A stretch of DNA of 56,623 nt from an uncultured Methanosarcinales archaeon. Lineage in GTDB: Archaea > Nanobdellota > Nanobdellia > Woesearchaeales > UBA9642. Positions 52,300-56,623 of the stretch are shown piece by piece. The stretch is from NCBI GenBank assembly GCA_964545585.1, contig CAZJFT010000002.1:1-56623 (forward strand), read 5' to 3'. Each line of letters starts with the position of its first letter. Positions within the stretch are counted from its first letter, which is position 1. The notes beneath the pieces were generated by a model that saw only the letters and a list, made by a program, of their open reading frames with translations, had not been told where the DNA came from and made no database searches. A program made the translations under genes and the position numbers.

Positions 52300-52748
52300 A
52301 AAATCACCTCAAGGATCGTTTGAGAACATGAACAACCATAATTTTTTCTAGCGTCCATATTTCATTCATACCCTCTTTTTTTATAGTAAATTTTTATAGC
52401 AACACACATATAATGAAAACTATAATGCCAATATGGCCATAAATATATTTAATAAGGCCTATTACACCAATCACCATCAGTTTTTAAATTACTCGCACTA
52501 GTAGTATAAAAATGTTGTGTTTTTTTTATCTTTTTTTTGGTTATTTTTATTGAAATTTTGATGTTTTTTGAGGATTTTTCTTGCTTTAATTAAAATATTT
52601 TTTGTGCTCATTTTTAAGAAATTCACGCACAAAAAAACATATTAAAAAAAATAATTATTAAATAATTTAAGTTTTAACTTTAATAATTAATTTAAAGAAT
52701 AAATAAAAAATGATAAACTTTTTATAGTAGTCACAACAATAACAAAAG

Positions 52749-53417
52749 ATGCAAGAGATACCGGACATCTTCAACAACAACAGGTGGGCGATTCTTAAAG
52801 AGCTGTCCAAAGGAGAACAGTCCGCGACTGATTTGGCAGAAACGCTCAAAACAAGCGTATCAAACATAACACAGCAGCTTAAACTGTTAGAAGCGTACAA
52901 TATAATCATTAAACGGAAGTCTGATGAGAAGGCTGTAGGAAAGCCGAAGACAATATATAAGATAAAAGATGAATTCGTATATGCAGCTATGCTCAAGAAC
53001 GGGAGGGCAGAGAAGAGGTTGTTCAAGCTTGAAGGGTTCAATGGGTTCATCCATAATATGATATTCACGACTGGCCCTGATGATTCATTCTACATACTTA
53101 AATTCATGCTTAAGCATGAAGAGGTCCTTAAGAGATGCAAAGCATTCGGATTCATAAGATCGACAAGAGACGCTGTCGAATTGTTCATCCTTACAGAACA
53201 CGTTGACGATATAAGGGCAAGGTTCAGCAATCTTTTCATAGAAGATATGAATGGAAAGACGAAGAAGATAATCAATTGGACACATAATGAATGGGAGATA
53301 AATGATGGATTCAACAGGAAAGACAAGTATTTCCTAGACATGCTCTGGAACGTCCAGATATTGTATGATCCTAATAAGATACTTGAAAAGGCTGTCGAGC
53401 GGAGAAAGGCTATATGA
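52749..53417 (+). CDS. ArsR-type winged-helix transcriptional regulator with a C-terminal domain of unknown function
   Basis: RWAILKELSKGEQSATDLAETLKTSVSNITQQLKLLEAYNII. Confidence 0.75.
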   Translation: MQEIPDIFNNNRWAILKELSKGEQSATDLAETLKTSVSNITQQLKLLEAYNIIIKRKSDEKAVGKPKTIYKIKDEFVYAAMLKNGRAEKRLFKLEGFNGFIHNMIFTTGPDDSFYILKFMLKHEEVLKRCKAFGFIRSTRDAVELFILTEHVDDIRARFSNLFIEDMNGKTKKIINWTHNEWEINDGFNRKDKYFLDMLWNVQILYDPNKILEKAVERRKAI

Positions 53418-53725
53418 ACTACGTAGACATACTTGATAAATTGGAAGAGCATGACCTTGAATTGTTCGAGAAAGACTTGAAAGAGGGATATGTACAGAAG
53501 TATGTTGAGCGGAAAAAGGAGTTCTTCAAAGTCAAAGATAAGTCTTGTCCGGTATGCGGTAATGGCGTAAAAGAGGATTGTTTTGTGCTTATATGGGGTG
53601 AGCCGAGCATAAGAAAAAAGGCACACTTCTGCGGCACCGATTGCCTTAATTATTTCTTGGAGCATTTCATACAGAAAAAAATAAAAACAGGCAAAGAAAC
53701 CGCTAAGGGCAGGATAAGAGATTAA
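53414..53725 (+). CDS. TRASH-like zinc/metal-binding protein
   Basis: CPVCG-x24-FCGTDC (CxxC...CxxxC). 4-nt overlap with the ArsR gene. Confidence 0.6.
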   Translation: MNYVDILDKLEEHDLELFEKDLKEGYVQKYVERKKEFFKVKDKSCPVCGNGVKEDCFVLIWGEPSIRKKAHFCGTDCLNYFLEHFIQKKIKTGKETAKGRIRD

Positions 53726-53729
53726 TAGA

Positions 53730-53957
53730 GTGATGTATATGCCATTAAGAGAATTAAGATCAATATATGAGAAAAGAAAGGCGAATCTTGTTGAGCTTCT
53801 AGAGAAAAATCCAAGACTTGACCCCGCAAGACAGCACCAGATATATGGAGCAATATGCGAGATTGACATACTGCTAAAGACGATTGAGCATCTGAGGGAC
53901 CAGGAGATAAATGATAATTACAAGCTTGATAGAAAGGCAAAACGTATAAATGATTAG
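53730..53957 (+). CDS. Small helical protein paralogous to the N-terminal extension of the downstream rubrerythrin. The start is possibly at 53739.
   Basis: MPLRELRSIYEKRKANLVELL...AICEIDILLKTIEHLRDQEINDNYKLD aligns with MPLRQLKSLYEKRQQTLNALL...ALAEIDSFLKAIDTFRDQEIEDNRKLD. Confidence 0.6.
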   Translation: MMYMPLRELRSIYEKRKANLVELLEKNPRLDPARQHQIYGAICEIDILLKTIEHLRDQEINDNYKLDRKAKRIND

Positions 53958-53998
53958 ATATTCCTAAAACATGAATAAATGAGAAAAAAGGTGCCGAT

Positions 53999-54775
53999 AT
54001 GCCATTAAGACAATTGAAATCATTATATGAGAAGAGGCAGCAGACATTGAATGCGCTGCTTAAGGACAGGAAGATAACCTCTAAGAGGAGAGATGAGATA
54101 CATGGCGCGTTGGCCGAGATAGATAGTTTCTTGAAGGCAATAGATACTTTCAGAGATCAAGAGATCGAGGATAATAGGAAGCTTGATGAAAAGACCAATC
54201 TTGATGTGAGCAAGAGCATATTCAAGAGCATCCATGAGAAGATGAAGTCAAGGTTCGATTCGAGCCAGACAAGGAAGAATCTTGTGCTGTTGTTTCTGAA
54301 GAAGACTGAGACAACAATCAGGTATGAGTTCTATGCGAAACTTGCGAAGAATGAGGGTTATGAGAGCATAGCGCATGTCTTCAAGGAATTCTCTGAGAAT
54401 GAAAAAGAGCATGCACGTATCCTTTTCAAGTATCTCGGATGGGATATGAAGACTAAGAACAATATAATGGAAGCTGCAGACATAGAGCGACAATGCCATT
54501 CGAAGATGTATGATGAGTTCGAGGACACGGCGATGAAGGAACGTTTCAAGGATATTGCAGAATTCATCAAGGAACTATCAGAGATAGAGGCAGAGCATGA
54601 GAAGAAATTCTTGAGATTGATGAAGATTATGCATGACAACAAGGTATTCAATGCAGACATGATTGTCAGGTGGAGATGCAGGAACTGCGGCTATGTATCA
54701 GATGCAAAGGAAGCCCCAAAAAAGTGCAAGGTCTGCAAGAAGACGCAGGCATTCTTCGAAGTGCATAAGGAATAA
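53999..54775 (+). CDS. Rubrerythrin with an N-terminal extension of about 70 aa
   Basis: Ferritin-like EFYAK..EKEHA and E..AEHEKKF, then a rubredoxin-like CRNCG..CKVC. AGGTG RBS. Confidence 0.88.
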   Translation: MPLRQLKSLYEKRQQTLNALLKDRKITSKRRDEIHGALAEIDSFLKAIDTFRDQEIEDNRKLDEKTNLDVSKSIFKSIHEKMKSRFDSSQTRKNLVLLFLKKTETTIRYEFYAKLAKNEGYESIAHVFKEFSENEKEHARILFKYLGWDMKTKNNIMEAADIERQCHSKMYDEFEDTAMKERFKDIAEFIKELSEIEAEHEKKFLRLMKIMHDNKVFNADMIVRWRCRNCGYVSDAKEAPKKCKVCKKTQAFFEVHKE

Positions 54776-54799
54776 TCTATCTAATAAAATATTATTATT

Positions 54800-56353
54800 C
54801 TAATTTCCTTTTATTTCTTCCCAATTCATCCTTCCATGGAGCAGTTCTCTTAGAATATGTCTTAAATGCTCTTTATGTATCCTTTTCTGCCCTTCACTGT
54901 CTCGATCACGTATCGTCACAGTAGAATCCTTAAGCGTATCATAATCAATAGTTATGCAGTATGGCGTCCCTGATTCATCTTCTCGAAGATAACGCTTGCC
55001 TATTGATCCAGAGATGTCGTATCTTGATGTGAATTCTTTTTCTAGATCTTCAAATATCTTCTGTGCCTCTTCTGCAAGGCCGTCTTTCTTCACTAGAGGG
55101 AACACTGCAACTTTAACTGGCGCCATGTGCGGAGGTATCTTGAACTTTGTCTTTCCTTCTTTCTCTGCGATTCTTTCATAAAACATGTCAAGCAATGCGA
55201 ATGTCGGCCTGTCGCTGCCGAATGCTATCTCTATTATGTTAGGGATCTCTTTCTTCTCTTGAGCGTTTGATTGCTCATTGAATGCTACAAGCTCCTTTCC
55301 TGATTTGTTTGCATGCTGTTTCAGGTCATAATCTGTCCTGTCATGCACTCCGCAGACTTCAAACCATCCGAAGCTCTTCAGTTTCAACTCTATGTCCCAT
55401 GCATCGTCTGCATAGAATGCCTTCTCATCAGGGTAATGTTGCCGTAATCGTATCTTATCTTCTGGTATGCCTATCTTCCTGAATAAGTTATAGGCAATAT
55501 ATACTGCCCACGCGTATGCCTTGTTCTTAAAGTGTCCTTGCTCGAGTGCTTCATGGACCCTGATTTTTATCGGATTCTCATCCTTCTCTTGCAATTGCCA
55601 CGGCCATAATGGGATTGTTTCATGCTCTACTTCAATGTATCTCTCGAAATCATTTTTTTGGTCTTTGAACAGGAATATCTGCGCTTCTGCCTGTGTGAAT
55701 TCTCTGCTTCTCAAAACATGCTGTCTTGGAGAAATCTCGTTCCTGTATGCTTTCCCTATCTGGAACACTGCATATGGCAGTTTTTTCCTGAAGAATTCTG
55801 TGTATCTTATGAATGGGAGGTATGTTGTCGTCGCTGTTTCTGGCCTATTGTATGCTTCAGTATTCAAGCCGATTGTTGTCTTCATCATCAATGTATGTTT
55901 CTTTATTTCACGATTGAAATCGCCTTTGCAGCTCGGACATCTTATCTTGTTTTTATCCATGAATTCCAACAATTCTTCATCTGTCTTATGATCAAAATTC
56001 TCGTCGGGAAATAGTTCTGAGAAAAGATTATCTGCCCTGAAGTTTGATTTGCATTTGCTGCACGTTATTACAGGGTCTGTGAATCCACCTAGATGCCCTG
56101 ATGCCTCCCATACTTCTTTCTGCATCACTGTCGGGCATTCGACTTCCCAGAATCCATTCTTTGTGTAAAGTTTCCGTATCTCATTCTCTACATTGTTTTT
56201 CAAGAGTTTCCCGAGGGGCGCATACGTATAGAATCCTGCAAGCCCGCCGTATATCTCTGGCTCTGGACCCCATATGAATCCTTTCTGCTGCATGAAACTT
56301 ATAAGCTCGTCATAGTATTGTTTCGATGATTTTATGTCTTTATTGTCAGCCAT
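54800..56353 (-). CDS. glyS: Glycyl-tRNA synthetase (archaeal/eukaryotic alpha2 type)
   Basis: EIYGGLAGFYTYAPLG and GKAYRNEISPRQHVLRSREFTQAE, plus a C-terminal anticodon-binding domain. Confidence 0.95.
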   Translation of the reverse strand: MADNKDIKSSKQYYDELISFMQQKGFIWGPEPEIYGGLAGFYTYAPLGKLLKNNVENEIRKLYTKNGFWEVECPTVMQKEVWEASGHLGGFTDPVITCSKCKSNFRADNLFSELFPDENFDHKTDEELLEFMDKNKIRCPSCKGDFNREIKKHTLMMKTTIGLNTEAYNRPETATTTYLPFIRYTEFFRKKLPYAVFQIGKAYRNEISPRQHVLRSREFTQAEAQIFLFKDQKNDFERYIEVEHETIPLWPWQLQEKDENPIKIRVHEALEQGHFKNKAYAWAVYIAYNLFRKIGIPEDKIRLRQHYPDEKAFYADDAWDIELKLKSFGWFEVCGVHDRTDYDLKQHANKSGKELVAFNEQSNAQEKKEIPNIIEIAFGSDRPTFALLDMFYERIAEKEGKTKFKIPPHMAPVKVAVFPLVKKDGLAEEAQKIFEDLEKEFTSRYDISGSIGKRYLREDESGTPYCITIDYDTLKDSTVTIRDRDSEGQKRIHKEHLRHILRELLHGRMNWEEIKGN

Positions 56354-56423
56354 TTTTCTTATCTTCCATTTTATTCTTTTTCAGATTAATGAATTATTTA
56401 AAAAGTTATCACTTAATTTTTTA

Positions 56424-56623
56424 TCATTTATTCACTGCATACATTATGTGCTGGACTTCACTGCCCCAGCTGAATTCTCCTTTTTTCTTCTCTATCTTAT
56501 GGATTTTTATCTCTCCAAGCGATACTCCTTTCTTAAGATGGTAATATATCAGCCTCATCGATACTTTATGATGATGCTTTATGTACTCTTGATAGAGTTG
56601 ATACCCGTGCATAGGTCCTTCTT
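56424..56623 (-). CDS. PadR-like winged-helix regulator. Partial: the frame stays open to the right window edge.
   Basis: (EGP)MHGYQLYQEY...RLIYYHLKKGVSLGEI resembles the PadR pattern. Confidence 0.55.
   Translation of the reverse strand, partial: EGPMHGYQLYQEYIKHHHKVSMRLIYYHLKKGVSLGEIKIHKIEKKKGEFSWGSEVQHIMYAVNK

Noticed and set aside
53090-53869. 259-aa minus-strand ORF spanning the ArsR, TRASH and small-paralog genes
   Set aside because: The product is hydrophobic and low-complexity. It crosses three plus-strand genes that have RBSs, coupling and recognisable motifs.

Overview
Low-GC archaeal chromosome segment. The archaeal call rests on ribosomal stalk genes uL1/uL10(P0)/P1, diphthine synthase, archaeal-type GluRS and GlyRS, intron-containing tRNAs, and palindromic TTTATAAA TATA boxes 22-25 nt upstream of many start codons, which implies leaderless mRNAs. 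Small genes, many hypothetical proteins and a fermentative gene set suggest a DPANN-like lineage; that is inference only. Most of the window is housekeeping: grpE-dnaK-dnaJ, the stalk operon, gltX, serS, glyS, seven tRNAs (three with introns, one with two), a Ca-type P-type ATPase, a CPA2 antiporter and a VIT1 transporter. I saw no rRNA, CRISPR array, integrase or transposase. The strongest candidate for a new system is at 24159-28912. There a complete flavodiiron protein is fused in frame to a KorA-type 2-oxoacid:ferredoxin oxidoreductase subunit. The KorB-type beta subunit is fused to an FNR-like FAD/NAD(P) module, and a 2Fe-2S ferredoxin gene lies next to it. Other notable loci: a tRNA-flanked islet with two lytic-transglycosylase paralogs, a receiver-less OmpR-type regulator and three coupled micro-ORFs; a glycogen cluster with both GT3 (eukaryote-like) and GT5 synthases, a GH133-type debrancher, GH57 and two unknown paralogs; a 43-nt double-hairpin element flanking dnaJ in inverted orientation; and a compositionally aberrant A-rich gene at the left edge.
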